This document shows, in pieces, positions 13,113-26,570 of a stretch of 64,000 bases of DNA; position 1 is the stretch's first letter, and the number at the start of each line of letters is the position of its first letter. The notes under the pieces are model-generated. The model had not been told where the DNA came from, made no database searches, and saw only the letters and a list, made by a program, of their open reading frames with translations. The position numbers and the translations under genes were made by a program. This stretch comes from Chrysomallon squamiferum. Taxonomy: Eukaryota > Animalia > Mollusca. The DNA lies in the NCBI GenBank assembly GCA_012295275.1, contig CM022679.1, forward strand, positions 9,548,001-9,612,000. The letters run 5' to 3'.

Positions 13113-16100
13113 TGGAAAATGCATGCACCATTGTACATGTATTTGTTTATACATGTGAAGCTGGGAATTAAGTTACATCATTGCCTATTTGTTTACATGT
13201 ATGGATGTAGATGAAGATGATGAGGATGTCAATGTTGATGAAAACGTTGATGATGATGACTGGTATTACAATGGAGACCATGGTAAGAACAGCAGACAAC
13301 TGAAACTGTTTGCACTATTCTGCAATACAGGGTGTCCACAAAAGTAACCGAACTGCAAACTTAAATAAAATTAGATATTAAAAATAACAAATTTAATTCC
13401 ATCTTTTGTGTCATTTTATGTTATCTTTTGTACTATTCATTTACTTCTGTCAGTAGTAGTCTTTGGAATGAATTTTTGTTCTTCGTGATTGAGACTTCTG
13501 TTTTACCGCGACGATGCTGTCTTTTAATACTGTTCATGTTCCCATAGGCGTTCCATGTTCTTTCTCTTGCAACTTGCTCTCCAGGCAGTTTCTTTCTGTA
13601 ATGCAATAAAGGCAGACGTTACACCTGAATCTTTTCACTGATCTTATTGGTTTTGTTCCTACGTCATAGCTTGATTCTTATTCAGCATGCACTACTGGAC
13701 TCTCCATGGTTGACTTTGGAAACTTGCCAAAAAGTATGTTGCATGTGTTGTCAAAAGGTGTCATGATTGTATCGAAGTTCAAGGTAGACATTTTGAACAT
13801 TTGTAAATACTAAATATACAGATTAAATTTGTTGTTTTTAATATCTAATTTTATTTAAGTTTGCGGTTCGGTTACTTTTGGGACACCCTGTATATCTGCA
13901 TTTTAACCACATTCATAATAACTGCATGGATTTTCATTATATTTATTTTAATACTGAACTTATCATCATACTAGAGATGCCCTTCAGTGGTTGGCATGAT
14001 ATTTTAGATAACAGACAACTAAAGCTGTTGCATTGTTGCATTTATTCTAGCTTTGTCTGTCATATACCTATTTTTGCCAAGTTCTCAACATGCATGGCAT
14101 TTGTTATTTTTATATTTATTTAGATCATTATTAAGCTGCATATCATACTAGATATGGTCATCGATATATCTCTTCAAAATGGCAGAAAAATTTGAACTAT
14201 TTAACATTTATTTATTGGGTTATTTTTTCATGTCACTTAGACATGTTACAAATGTTATGACATCTGATATAAAACTGAATTTACTTTCACGAGAAATGAA
14301 ACATATTATGAATATTGTGACATTTGGCATCAGACTAAATGTGTTTCTTTCTCACAAAATGAGTCGATCACTTTCATTTTTTTTTATTTAGTGAAAATTC
14401 CCATTCAGTTAGTAGGTCTCTGATTTATCTAGTTTTGACCACCTCAGTTAAGCTTCATGATGCCAATATTCAGGTCAACCACTGACCACTTTTGTCTAAT
14501 TTATGTGCTTTCTATAAACTGTTAATATGATTAATTGATGTCCAGTTTTTGTCAGATCTGTAGATGAAAACTGACTCGGTGCATAAATATTTTCTTTTTT
14601 CATTAGTCTTAATGATAGTGCTAAAATAATATAGTCTCACATTAGACAAAATGCATGTAGTATTACGTTCTTATGTAACACAGAACTGATTTAATATTTA
14701 GATTATATCATATGACATAATCACTAATAGTAATAATAATAGTAATAATAATAATAACAATAATAAACAATATAACAAAAATAATAACAATAATTTTTTA
14801 TTATATATATATATATATATAAAACCATGAAAAATAGACATTTCATGTTTTACATATTACTTACTAACTTTTCCTGACATATAAGTTAAGAAGACCTGTT
14901 ATCAGATGAAATCAAGGACCCAGACCAGTGTAATAAATCTTAACGGATATCTTAAATACATTAAGAAAACAAAAATTTGTTATTCTTTCATTTTGAAGAG
15001 TTTTAACTATTAAAACATATGTCTTAAGGACTTGCTGATTGGTTGTTGTTTGAAGTCGTGAATGGATTGAAAGAGATCAGAGATAAAATCTTAACTACAA
15101 ACAGGTTGAATCCATGCATTAAAACATTAAGTCTTTATTAGTTATGACACTGTTTTTTTTGTGTGTTATTTCTCGTTCTTTTGTGGATATGTTTTTTTTT
15201 TTGTTTTTTTTAAATTATTTTGCTTTCTTGTTTTTCTCATTTCCTCAGTTTTGTTTGAGTTTATTTTTCATTTTTTTTCTGTTTTGTTTTATTTTTGTTT
15301 TTCCCCTCCATATCTGTAGTTCTGTTTTGTTTTATTTTTCTCTTCCTTTCTTGAGTTTTGTTTTCTTGTTTTTCTCTTTATTTCTTGAGTTTTGTTATCA
15401 TGTTTTTCTCTTCATATATTTCTTCAATTTTGTTCTCTTTTTTCTCTTCATTTCTTCAATTTTGTTTTCTTGTTTTTCTCTCTATTTCTTTAATTTTGTT
15501 TTCTTGTTTTTTCTCTTCATTTCTTCCTTATTTATTTTCTTTTTTCTCTTCATTTCTTCAGTTATGTTTTCTTTTTTCTCTTCATTTCTTCAGTTATGTT
15601 TTCTTTTTTCTCTTCATTTCTTCATTTCTTCAGTTTTGTTTTCTTGCTTTTATCTCCATTTCTTCAATTTTGTTTTCTTGTTTTTCTCTTCATTTGTTCA
15701 GTTTTGTTTTCTTGTTTTTCTCTTCATTTGTTCAGTTTTGTTTTTCAGTTTCTTCAGTTTTCTTTTCATGTTTTTATCTTCTCTTGTTTTTTTGTTTTGT
15801 TTTCTTTTTTTTTTTTTGAGAGTTAAACATTTATCAACCAGATGGCGAAAAGAAAAACTGACCATCTGTCTCGTTCTGTACATATAACCAAATCTACATA
15901 ACAAATATTCCTCTGTTTTAATTATCCGGTGATGTGGGTGATAGCACACCTGTGTCCACCTGTGTAACAGCATGTCACTGGAGAATAGCAATAAATAACA
16001 CACGTACAAGGTGACATTTAATAAAGGATAGTTAATAGAGACACATATACCTGCAGGACCACTGATAAATTATTTATTTGTTGAGTTAACGGTTCTATTC

Positions 16101-18691
16101 TGTTAATGTATGTGGGATGATGTTGCAGCATGCTGTCAGAGTACAAATACAGTAAGTATTTAGGATTTTGAATTTCTCTTTCTCTCAAAATGAATATTTT
16201 GTTCAGAAAGTAATCCATTATTTATCTTCCTTAATAGACGTTATTTCTTGTTGAACGTAGATGCTTTTGAAAAAAAAAAATAATAATTAAAAAAAAATCT
16301 TTTTCACAGTCGATGGTTGACCAGCTCTGTTTATCTTTCAAATGGTTGTAATGTTCTTTATATTTAACACACCATAAGTATTTGCTTTTCTCTATATGTC
16401 AGTGGTTCAAGATTTCTATTTTAAACGCACTTCAGATACATACATTTACTCAACCATGAGAAATATCTTCGAAATGTTTCTTTTCGATGGTTGTTTTTCA
16501 GACCTTCAAATGCACATTAATACTGAAGATATTATTTGTAGACCTTTGCCTCTTCGCTGTTGTTATTTATTAGACAATTTATTCTGAATCTGATAAACAG
16601 GCTCTGCTGTAGCATACTAGACAGCTAATATTTCTCTATTCCCAGGCCTGCCAGACATCTTAATTGGAAAAAAAAAAAAGACAAAATAACTGTCTGAAAA
16701 ACTCTGTACAATGGCTCAAAAAAAAAAAAAAAAAAAAAAGCCCATGTTTACAGTTTTAATGGCAAAATAACTTGAACTAGTAACATGAATTTCTTAAATT
16801 GTTAAACACAACTTTGTTAAACTTTTTTAACTATATTACTTTTTTTTTTAAAGATTTTAATATCTAGATTGATATGGTTATTATTATTATTACTAATACT
16901 GCTGCTGTTACTATTCTTATTATTATTTCTATTAGTACTACTACTACAGCTACTGCTATTATTATTATTAATATTTGTTTTATTTTATTAAAAAATAAAT
17001 AACTGCTCAATAACAGTTTTGGCAAGGTAATAGAAAATTACACCACATAAGGCCAAACAAAACAATTCCTTAACTCAACTAAGCTTAGTATTTCTTAGTA
17101 TTATTATGCATATTATCAATAACAATATATATGTTTATATTATATAAACTTTCATCCATTGTTTTGAGGAATAACTTTTCTTTTAATAATTTATTCATCT
17201 GCATTGGTATTTGTTGTGTGCAAATTCAACATCAAAAACATAATTTTATATAAATCTGTATTTTTTATTTTGGTATTATTATTTTTTAATTATTATCATC
17301 ATTATTATTAGTAGTAATAGTAGTAATTTTTAATTTTTTTACATTTTTAATTTTTTTTTTTATTTTAAAAAAAACAATATTTTTTAATACATGACACAGT
17401 TATCACAACTTTCTGACTTTCTCTCTCTCACCCCCTGACTCTGACTCTCTGTTTCTGCCTCTTTTTTTCTTTCTCTCTTTTTCTCTCTCTCACCCTCTCT
17501 CTTTCTTTATTTTTAATAGTGGAGAAACTTTTTTTGTTAGAACTTATTCTTAGGGCTTATTATGTGTAACAGTTACAGGGTAACAGTTCACATTTAGTGT
17601 AACTTTAAACTCAGAGGACACAGTTATTTGTCACAAATATTTTTTATGTTGCATTTTTATTTTTATTATTTTTTTATTTTTTTATTTTTTTAAATTTTTG
17701 AGAAAGGAAATAATAATAAAAAAAAACCCAGAACTTATAACAGATATGTATATTTTTTTTTTTTTTTTTTTTTTTTACACGTTTTCCACATGCTTGCTCA
17801 TGAAAAATGTAGTATGGCAAAAAAAAAAAAAAAAAAAAAAATAGGTTACCTTTTTTTTTCTTCTTCAGTGTGAGAAAGTCACTTGATATTTCTTCGTGTT
17901 ATACTGATTTTTTCAGCTTTCGATTAAATTTAACAATTATTTCCTTTTACAAGCTGTTTCACTTTTTCAGTTTCAGTAAAAATGTTTTTTGCCAAATCAG
18001 CAAAAATATATAATATGTTACTGCATTTGTTTTGTTTTGTTTTGTTTCTCATAAACAAACAATTCAATCTTTTTTTTCCCCAGTGTATGTTCCTGCCATA
18101 TTTACAAAACCCATGTTTTGTTTATTTTACTATTGTCTGTATTATTATACTGCATGTCCATTGTGCATTCATTATTTTCAGCATTTGAATAATATAATGT
18201 TTAGATTTTACAAAGAAATAAGCATGTAATGATTTTAATATTAATAAGGTTAACTACATCTTAGGCCAAAATTAAGTTCAGAGACTTATTTGGAACAAGA
18301 AATAGTGCATCTTGCATATTGTCAAAATTAGTCTCCATTGCTAAATGTTTGATATGCAAGATTTATTAAAATTTTTAATAATAAACATATTATTGGCCAG
18401 TGTGGATTTTGCTAAATTTTATAGTAGCAAATACTTATCACTTACTTGAAATATTTGTAACACAAACATCAAAACATTAAAAAGTTAAAAAAAAAAAAAA
18501 ATAATAATAATTAAATAAAAAAAAAAAAAAAATGAAATTAAACAATTTAATAATAATAATAATAATAATAGCTTAATTATGATGTTAAATAAAACTATTA
18601 TTGTTGTTGTTGTTGTTGTTGTTGTTATATTCAGTTTTTAAAAATATTAAAAATTAGTCTATTTTGTAATGCAACAGTTTTTGTTTTATTA

Positions 18692-18725
<34 letters not shown>

Positions 18726-19534
18726 TTAAAATTTTAATTTTTTTGGAAAATGGAAAGAATTATAAATGAAAAAAAAATGAGGACAGAAGCCAGTTTGGAG
18801 AAAACATTTATGATAGTGGCCAGAAATGGAAAATGGAAAGTTTTAAATAGTTTTCTTTTAAGTTTGAAATGGAAAATGTTTAAAAGAATGAGGACAGCAA
18901 AGTTCTCTTTATAAGTTTGGAGAAAACAGTTCTGTTTTGACTTATTTCCAGCAATAGTTTTTCTTTATAAGAATGATAATAGTTCTGTTTATATAAGTAT
19001 TATTTAAATAGTTTTCTTTTATAAGTTTTAACAGAGAGTAATAGTTCTGTTTTATAAGTATTATCTTACAGCAATAGTTTTCTTTATAAGTTTTAACAGA
19101 GAGTAATAGTTCTGTTTATCTTAAGTTTTCTTTATTATCTTAACAGAATAATAGTTCTGTTTATTTATAAGTTTTAACAGAGAGTAATAGTTCTGTTTTA
19201 TAAGTATTATCTTACAGCAATAGTTTCTTTATAAGTTTTAACAGAGTAATAGTTCTCTTTATAAGTTTTAACAGAGAGTAATAGTTCTGTTTATATAAGT
19301 ATTATCTTACAGCAATAGTTTTCTTTATAAGTTTTAACTGAGAATAATAGTTCTGTTTATATAAGTATTATCTTACAGCAATAGTTTTCTTTATAAGTTT
19401 TAACTGAGAATAATAGTTCTGTTTATTTATTAACTACAGCAATAGTTCTGTTTATAAGTATTATCTTACAGCAATAGTTCTCTTTATAAGTCTTAACTGA
19501 GAGTTCTTTACATCAGTGTTATCTGAAAGTGATA

Positions 19535-19575
<41 letters not shown>

Positions 19576-21318
19576 ATATATATATATATATATTCACAGT
19601 GATAGTTATTTATGTAACTGTTAACTGAGAGTAATAGTTTCCTCTAGGTGTTAAGTTAGAGTGATAGTAACCTATGTAAGTTTTAACTGAGAGTGATAGC
19701 TATTTGTGTGTAAACCTAAGCGTGATAACTGTCAATGTAAGTGTTAACTCAGCAGAATATTTATCTGTAAATGTTAACTGAGGGTCATTGTTCTCTCTAT
19801 AAGTGATAACAAAGCAGTAGTAGTTCTCTATATAATCTGAGCGATAGTTCTCTGTTTAAGTGTTAACTGAGCATTAGTTTTTCATGTGTTAACAGAGAAT
19901 GATAATTCTCTCTGCATATGTAAAACAGTGATATTTCTCTGAATTAGTGTTAACTGAGTGACAGTTCTCTAAGTAAATATTAACAGAGGAATAGATTTCT
20001 ATGTAAAGTGTTTAATTGAAAGCAATGTATAAATGTTAACAAGGAGAATACTGGGTATTTTGTTGTATGTTTTTTTGTGGTTTAATTTCAGCATTTGCAG
20101 GCAAGAACAGTGATGGGGTGTTCAAGGAGGACGTAGTGGAGTACAATATAATGAAGAAACACGTGAACACTCCCTCCAGCATGGTTCTCTTCTACACCTG
20201 GATCATCCTCATAGTCCTCATAACTGTCATAGCCGTGTCTGCTTTTAAGTACCGTTGTAAAGTAAGTCTTTACCAATTACGCTGTTTATTTAGTTTTTCA
20301 AGTCATTTTAACATCAACAAAACCTTTTTTTTTTTTTTTTTTTCTGAACTAGTCACATTAGGGATGCATATTTTCCCCATTTCCTTAAAAGCCACCAAAA
20401 CAGTTCCAGTTATTTCACTGTTGTCAGATTTAGGTAGTTTTTATTTAAATTTCAGGAAAATGTTCAAAAGTCAATGAAAGTCACTGAAAATCATGTTTTG
20501 TTGTTTACCAAAGTTCTGTTCTTCAATACCAGTATTTCTAGCAGAGCAGTATTTTGCAACAATTCCAGTTGTCAGTGTGTTTTAGTGACAGTCATAGAGT
20601 AATCACAGATGGGTGCACTGAGTCACACATATTTAGACTCACACCTAATTCTATGTGCATCTTACCAATCATTATTGCTCCCGAGAGGTCCATAAAATCA
20701 TGAGGATCGGATCTTAAAAAAGTAATTAAAATGTCAGTATATATCTTTTGAAGTTTAGCATGGCAGCTAAATGATAGTGAATCAGATATGTATTTCTGAA
20801 GAAACCTGATAATAGAAAATTAAAATCAGTTATATATGCATTTTGCTTTATATTCTTGAATATAATTTATACATAAATGTTTTTTTTTTAAATGTGGGCA
20901 CTCCTTTCCACCCTTGTCGCATTCAAAGAATATTTGATGAGGTTAAGACAATAACTCTTGTTGTCATTTCTTAAAAATAAATTACTAAGCTTGCCTGGGT
21001 ACTAGTACAAACATTCGTTACTAATTTACATGTAATTTACTGGTATCTTTGTTTCTTTTTAAAGGTGCTCAATACATTTTATTAACCCGAAAGTTAATTT
21101 TGATCACTCGAAAGACAAAAACCTTTGTTATGTTTTGGATAGAATAAACTAGAATTTTCGTTCTGCATTTTGAATGTTACACAGATAAATTATATGTTTA
21201 ATCATTTGTTTCACAGGGCAGAAATCTCGTGAATGGGTTCAAGTCTAGTGTGAGAAATGGAGCACACAGATACAATGATGAAGCGGAGAAGAAACTTTTG
21301 GAAAATGTTTATACCTGA
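7976..21318 (+). CDS. Uncharacterised 602-aa type I membrane protein: signal peptide, acidic Asp/Asn/His-rich low-complexity ectodomain with an 85-aa duplication, one TM helix, short cytoplasmic tail
   Basis: Exons 7976-8048, 10408-11799, 13211-13282, 20092-20261, 21217-21318; all GT-AG with matching phases (1,1,1,0), 1809 nt in total. N-terminus MKSFIVEQICYVLILLLLIPKCTQS; TM MVLFYTWIILIVLITVIAVSAF followed by KYRCK; ends EAEKKLLENVYT*. Confidence 0.85.
10408..11799 (+). CDS. Membrane protein exon 2 (large acidic low-complexity ectodomain)
   Basis: Polypyrimidine tract and ttctag acceptor; same frame as ORF 10428-11849; donor atgg|gtaata. Confidence 0.9.
10783..11279 (+). repeat. Intragenic tandem duplication (255-bp period, 85 aa)
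   Basis: 10783-11027 vs 11038-11279: NQAAxTGNVDEKHFVLPPLRDDDDVIKPENN...PKLPPVQNVD twice, with an in-frame 3-nt indel. Confidence 0.95.
13211..13282 (+). CDS. Membrane protein exon 3 (DEDDEDVNVDENVDDDDWYYNGDH)
   Basis: gtag acceptor, catg|gtaaga donor, symmetric 72-nt phase 1-1 exon. Confidence 0.8.
13328..13890 (+). mobile_element. Non-autonomous, internally deleted Tc1/mariner-superfamily DNA transposon (563 bp)
   Basis: TA|CAGGGTGTCC...GGACACCCTG|TA; ~70-bp TIRs (13328-13397, 13822-13890); TA target duplication; transposase C-terminal remnant ...VVKRCHDCIEVQGRHFEHL* at about 13745-13806. Confidence 0.92.
15140..15820. repeat. Pyrimidine-rich degenerate minisatellite (~33-36-bp unit, tttttctcttcatttcttcagttttgttttcttg)
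   Basis: Recurrent unit visible; it produces the spurious Phe-rich ORFs. Confidence 0.85.
18840..20045. repeat. Degenerate minisatellite array (~30-bp units, aatagttctgtttataagttttaacagagag alternating with ...tattatcttacagc)
   Basis: Best-preserved units at 19000-19500, decaying toward both ends; interrupted by (CT)n(AT)n at about 19537-19592. Confidence 0.85.
20092..20261 (+). CDS. Membrane protein exon 4 (transmembrane helix)
   Basis: atttcag acceptor, aaa|gtaagt donor; lies within ORF 20067-20477. Confidence 0.88.
21217..21318 (+). CDS. Membrane protein exon 5 (cytoplasmic tail and stop)
   Basis: tttcacag acceptor; GRNLVNGFKSSVRNGAHRYNDEAEKKLLENVYT*. Confidence 0.85.
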   Translation, partial: GRNLVNGFKSSVRNGAHRYNDEAEKKLLENVYT

Positions 21319-23273
21319 GATTTTTATTTATTTTTTTCACTTTTATCTGTTTTACGTAAATAATTTCACAACGTTACTTTTATTTCTTTGATCTCTTTGA
21401 AGTGTTCATTTTCTGATAAGGAAAAAAATTCTTATCATCTCTAATATTTACCTTTCTTTTTACAATGGTATTTTAACAGAGATCTAGTTAACTGACTGCA
21501 GTTAACAAACTAAAGATTTCTTTTTGCATACAGGTTTTTAATTTTATAACAGATAATTTAGTCTTTGTGCATTTTTGGGTGAAAACATAACTGATACAGT
21601 TAAATGATTATTGAATTTTAAAAATAAATACCTGCCTTTCAACTATTGACCTTGAATATCTGTTTGTGCCTTCAATAATGCAGGTTGTGTGTGTGTTTGT
21701 TTATATGTATACTTGTGCACGATCCTTTTTGTATTTGTTAAGCTATATTATCAACATATGTAACTGATAACTTTACATATGGGTGTTTTTTTCATTTATG
21801 TAATAAAGGCTACATAACAGATGAATATTATTTAACAAAGACTGCAGCTTTTTTGTGTTACTCCACTGGAATTTATAGAATTATTTACTTGTATTCCAAC
21901 AATACACAGAAGAGTCAGGCTATTTTGTGACATTTTGTGTGTTAAATTAGTGTCATTATTTTTACACTAGAATATTTCAATAATCATTTTGTGATTGCTT
22001 TGGTTGTTACTCTAGAACTGTCTTTTCTTAAATGGTGTTTATGTTTCAAGCAATGATACAATATACACATGCTTTATATATGAATTACATTTGAATCATG
22101 CTTTGTTATTGCAATAAAGCACACTAAGCTTTAGTATTTGAATCATGTTTTGATGTGATGACGGTTCAGAGTTCTGTTGAACTTGTTTTAGTGTATAAAT
22201 TGTGATTGATTTTTTATCATGTCGTTTTAATTTTATTTGTGTCATCAGCTGTTTTTATTATTTACATTTTTGAATTACGTTTTATCTGTGTTGTCATTTT
22301 TATATGGAATTTGGTATTTTCCACAACATCAGTTCTTTCTTGTCTATAATTTTATCTTTTTAAAGCAGTTCCTAAAATATTTTAATACTGTATATGAATT
22401 ATCTCATTTCTTTTCCTTTGTGATATTTTGATTTCATTTATCTGCATTTATTTACCAAAAGTTTCTTTAGATGCATTTTGTTAATACTCTTTCAGTTGGA
22501 CCTTAAAGATCTTAATACTTTAAAATTAGATTTTAAATTTGTTTTATTTTTATAAGTTTTAACAATTTATATTTACTTAATGTCATTTTGTTTTGCTTTC
22601 AGATTTTTTTTTTTATCAGAAACAAAAATATATAAACCATATTTTCATCATTATGATGTGTATTTTAAGAGATCAAAGTCTTCTTAATGTATCAAAATAT
22701 AAAATGTTTTTTTAATATACATTCAGCCTGCCTTGTCCATTGGTTTATGGCTCCAGGAACTAACAGCACAAATAGTGCAGATGTGTAAGATATTCATAAT
22801 GAATGATATAATACAGCCTTATACATGATCATAACTTGAAACCCCTTCTGTGAGTAGTATTAAAAACAGCTAAAACACACTTTAATTCAGTATTATAATA
22901 TACGTTATGCCATCATAAGAATAGAATTTACTACATAACAGTTTAAATTTTATATGTGTATTTTATATATATGATAAAAACTGTGAATGTCAAAATATGC
23001 AGATAAGACAGGCTGATTGTATATATATTTATACCTATATACATTGCTGAATTGGAACAGTTCTGTATCAACAAAACTAAACCTGTAAATCAAATACAGT
23101 ATATGATACTGTTTGTTTAAAAATCTGATGGTTATGTATCTGTTTATTCTGCATTTTAAGTAGAAGTACCACACAGTTCATTACTTAGTACTCAGTGAAA
23201 AACAAAATGATTGAATGTCAACCAGTGAATTCTTAAATATTCTTCAATAACTACCTGTGTTTGTTATTGATAA

Positions 23274-23314
<41 letters not shown>

Positions 23315-24085
23315 TGTTTTTCACTTCTTTTCTTCTTAATTTTGAACATTTTCTAACATTATTGTAGTTAATTTAAGCTGAAAATAAGCAAGTTCAGTTT
23401 TTGTAAACTGTGCTTGGTAGGTCAGGTTCAAAGATCAAAATATATTATTTATTAAAACAACTGATAAAGATTTGAGTAAATAACCAAAAAAAAATACAAA
23501 ACTTGGTAAATCAAAATTTATTGAAATACAATGGTGTCAATATTAAATATAATAACATATTTAAAAAACAATGCTAATATGTATTTAATAAAACTTTTTA
23601 TTTCATTAAATCAAATATAAAGCAATGAATAAAAATTTTTAACAAACACTTTAAAAACAGTTTGTCAAAGTAGGCCAGTACTTATCCTAATTATTAAATA
23701 ATACCCATTTTAAAAAAATGTATTTTGTTTTGCTTTCAGAAAGAAAACAATTTTTTATATATATAATTTTGAATAATTTGGCCAGTTAAAATTTGAATTA
23801 AAAAAGAGTGTTATAGTGTTAATAAGCATAAAGATATTAAATATTGCTTAAATGTATTTGTATTAAACTGTTATTATTATGCAGTGTTTGTTTAGACTAT
23901 CTTTCTTTTTGTTGTATTTGAAATATAGTAATTTATCAAACAGATATAACAAACAAAATATATTCTGTCATACAAAAATTAATCTATGGATGTCTTTCTT
24001 ATTACAAATGACAATCAAATGATTGTGAAAATTCCACTCATATATAAATATATATAGATATATATATATATATGTATCTATATAC

Positions 24086-24140
<55 letters not shown>

Positions 24141-26570
24141 AAAACAGATCTACATTATGTTATATTAAAAATAAAGCCAAACTGATATTAAGAACATGAA
24201 TAACTTAATACATTTGTTTTAGTTTTCAATATATACACAAGTTTCATAAAGTCCCAAGATCTACAATTTTGGCATTTATTAAATACATTTTTCATTCAAT
24301 ATATATATATATATTACAAGATGTATATTATCAAATAAGGTAATATTATAATGATATTTTGCTTCCTTAACAATAATAAACTAACATTATTTCTCTGGAG
24401 TTGCTGTTGTTAGAAATATGGCTTTTCAGTGTTTTGTTAGCTGTTAAAATACATTTAAAAAGTTGGTTTTTTTTAAATACAGATTCATGCTTAAATGTAT
24501 TCATATTAAACTGTTATTATTATGCACTGGGGTTTAGCTGTTAAAATACATTTAAAACTACTGGTGGAACAGTCTTTACTGATTATAATTAGCTGGACAG
24601 AATTAATACTAGTTTAGTTCTATGTATATAAAATATTAACAAATATTTAAATAAAAAATAAATAAATAAATAAATAAAGGGATCGTTATAGTGGAGATTT
24701 TAAAAGTATTATAATGAATGAGCTTTGTGTGTGTTTTTTTTAATTAAAACCTCATTTTTCATTTCATATTTGATGAATTATCCTGTCCAGTATTTTAAAA
24801 AAAGACTTTAAAAATGTCTCATCTTTGTGAGATGTTTAAATTTTACAATGGGTTCTAATTAGTATTTTCTTCATTAGATTACAGTATTGTAGATAATAAT
24901 TATTATTTTTAATATTTGTTTATTACATGTAATATTGTGTTAGCATTAACAATGTAACTTTTAATTGTTACACTGATGTCACTGTACTTAAAATGTATAT
25001 TTCCTTGGTGCTACCTAGTAATTTTTTTTTGTTTGCGTTTTGGGGTTTGGTCTCTGGGTTTTTTTAATTTACAAATAACACATAAATTTATGTGTGTATT
25101 ACTAATAAAAATCACAGTTGATATGAACAAACAAAAATAGTCCCAAAATTAATCTCTATTCTGTCTTTGGACATTTTTTTTACATATAATAATTTTTATT
25201 TTGTTTTACATTTTCCTATAAAAAAAACCCCACTTTTCTTGATAATTCTGTAATAACATAACAAATTCTATACTAACATCAGTGAACTGAAAACACTGCC
25301 TTTTGTAAACAATTGTGTTCTAAAACAATTATATTTTAAAATGTCAACTGTTATAAAATCATCAGTTGTATTATAAATTAACTGATCATGACAATGAAAT
25401 TAATGCATCATGCGACATTAAGATGCATTTATATATATATATATATATATTAATCATGTATGTATCTTTCTGGTTTTTTAATGTGGGTTTTGTTGCAGGC
25501 AACAAGGGTATTTTAACTTGGGAGAATATTGCATTATAAACATATTTGTGGGTTATATTTTGATATGGAATAAAAAAAGGTTTCAAAAAAATTCATATAT
25601 GCTTGTGTTTGTCTTCTCTTTTTGGTACATAAATAAACACGTTTATATATTAGAATCACTTCATTTATATCTTAAATGTATATATGTCAGAATTTCAGAG
25701 AAAACCAATCTATCTTTATTACTATAAAATCGTTTTGTATTTTCTCTAAACATTATTAATTAAAGTTCAGAGAAGAAAAAAAAAAATATATATATATATT
25801 GTTATGATGGATGTCTGAGAATATAAATTATTAATAGTGGATAATAAACTGTATTTAAATGCTATGGTAGTAATAATGATGAATTAATTGTCTTTGAAAT
25901 TTATGATATCTGTAAATGACTACAGGACTTTATTTTATACAAGTCCAGCTCTTGATAATGAAATACAATAACCAACAAAAAAAAAAAAAAAAAAAAAAAA
26001 TATTGTGAAGAAGAGATCACAAAAACGAATTGATAAGTAATGTTGGTTGTTAGGAATGCTGTTTTTAATTTGTGCCACTGTTAATATAAACATGACTACG
26101 TTTTGGTCGGCAAACCTCTCAGAAATTAAAACTGACATTCTTGTGCCAAAACTGGTTTCACCAATTACAGCTAAATTATTTGTTGTAGTTCTTGGTGCAG
26201 GTCGAAGAGTTAATTACTTAATTTCTGAAGTTAGTGCCAGATTATCAATTTCCACATCCACGTTGTTGCTTTTTTATTTTTATTTTTTACGGGTATTTTT
26301 TTAAGGTATTTTTTTTTATTGTTTTTTATATCTAGTTCATGATTTTTTGTGCTTCTTCGCAACGTTTAGTAATACAAAACTATATTTAACATAATATACA
26401 TAAATAGACACACACACAAACACACATAATGGCTAATTTGTTTCTCTTTCTTTTTTATGAATATGCATAAAAAAGAAAAAATGCTTCTGTTAATTAATAA
26501 AATAAACTATTTATATTTTCTTTTCTTTTTTTTCGGGGGCAAGTGTCACATTCAGTGAAATTAAAATAAA

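Noticed and set aside
15144-15887. 247-aa Phe/Leu-rich ORF that looks like a multi-pass membrane protein
   Set aside because: It is the translation of a pyrimidine-rich minisatellite, open in several frames, inside an intron.
16290-16600. Possible decayed transposase N-terminus on the minus strand
   Set aside because: Only vague resemblance, many stops, no terminal repeats found.
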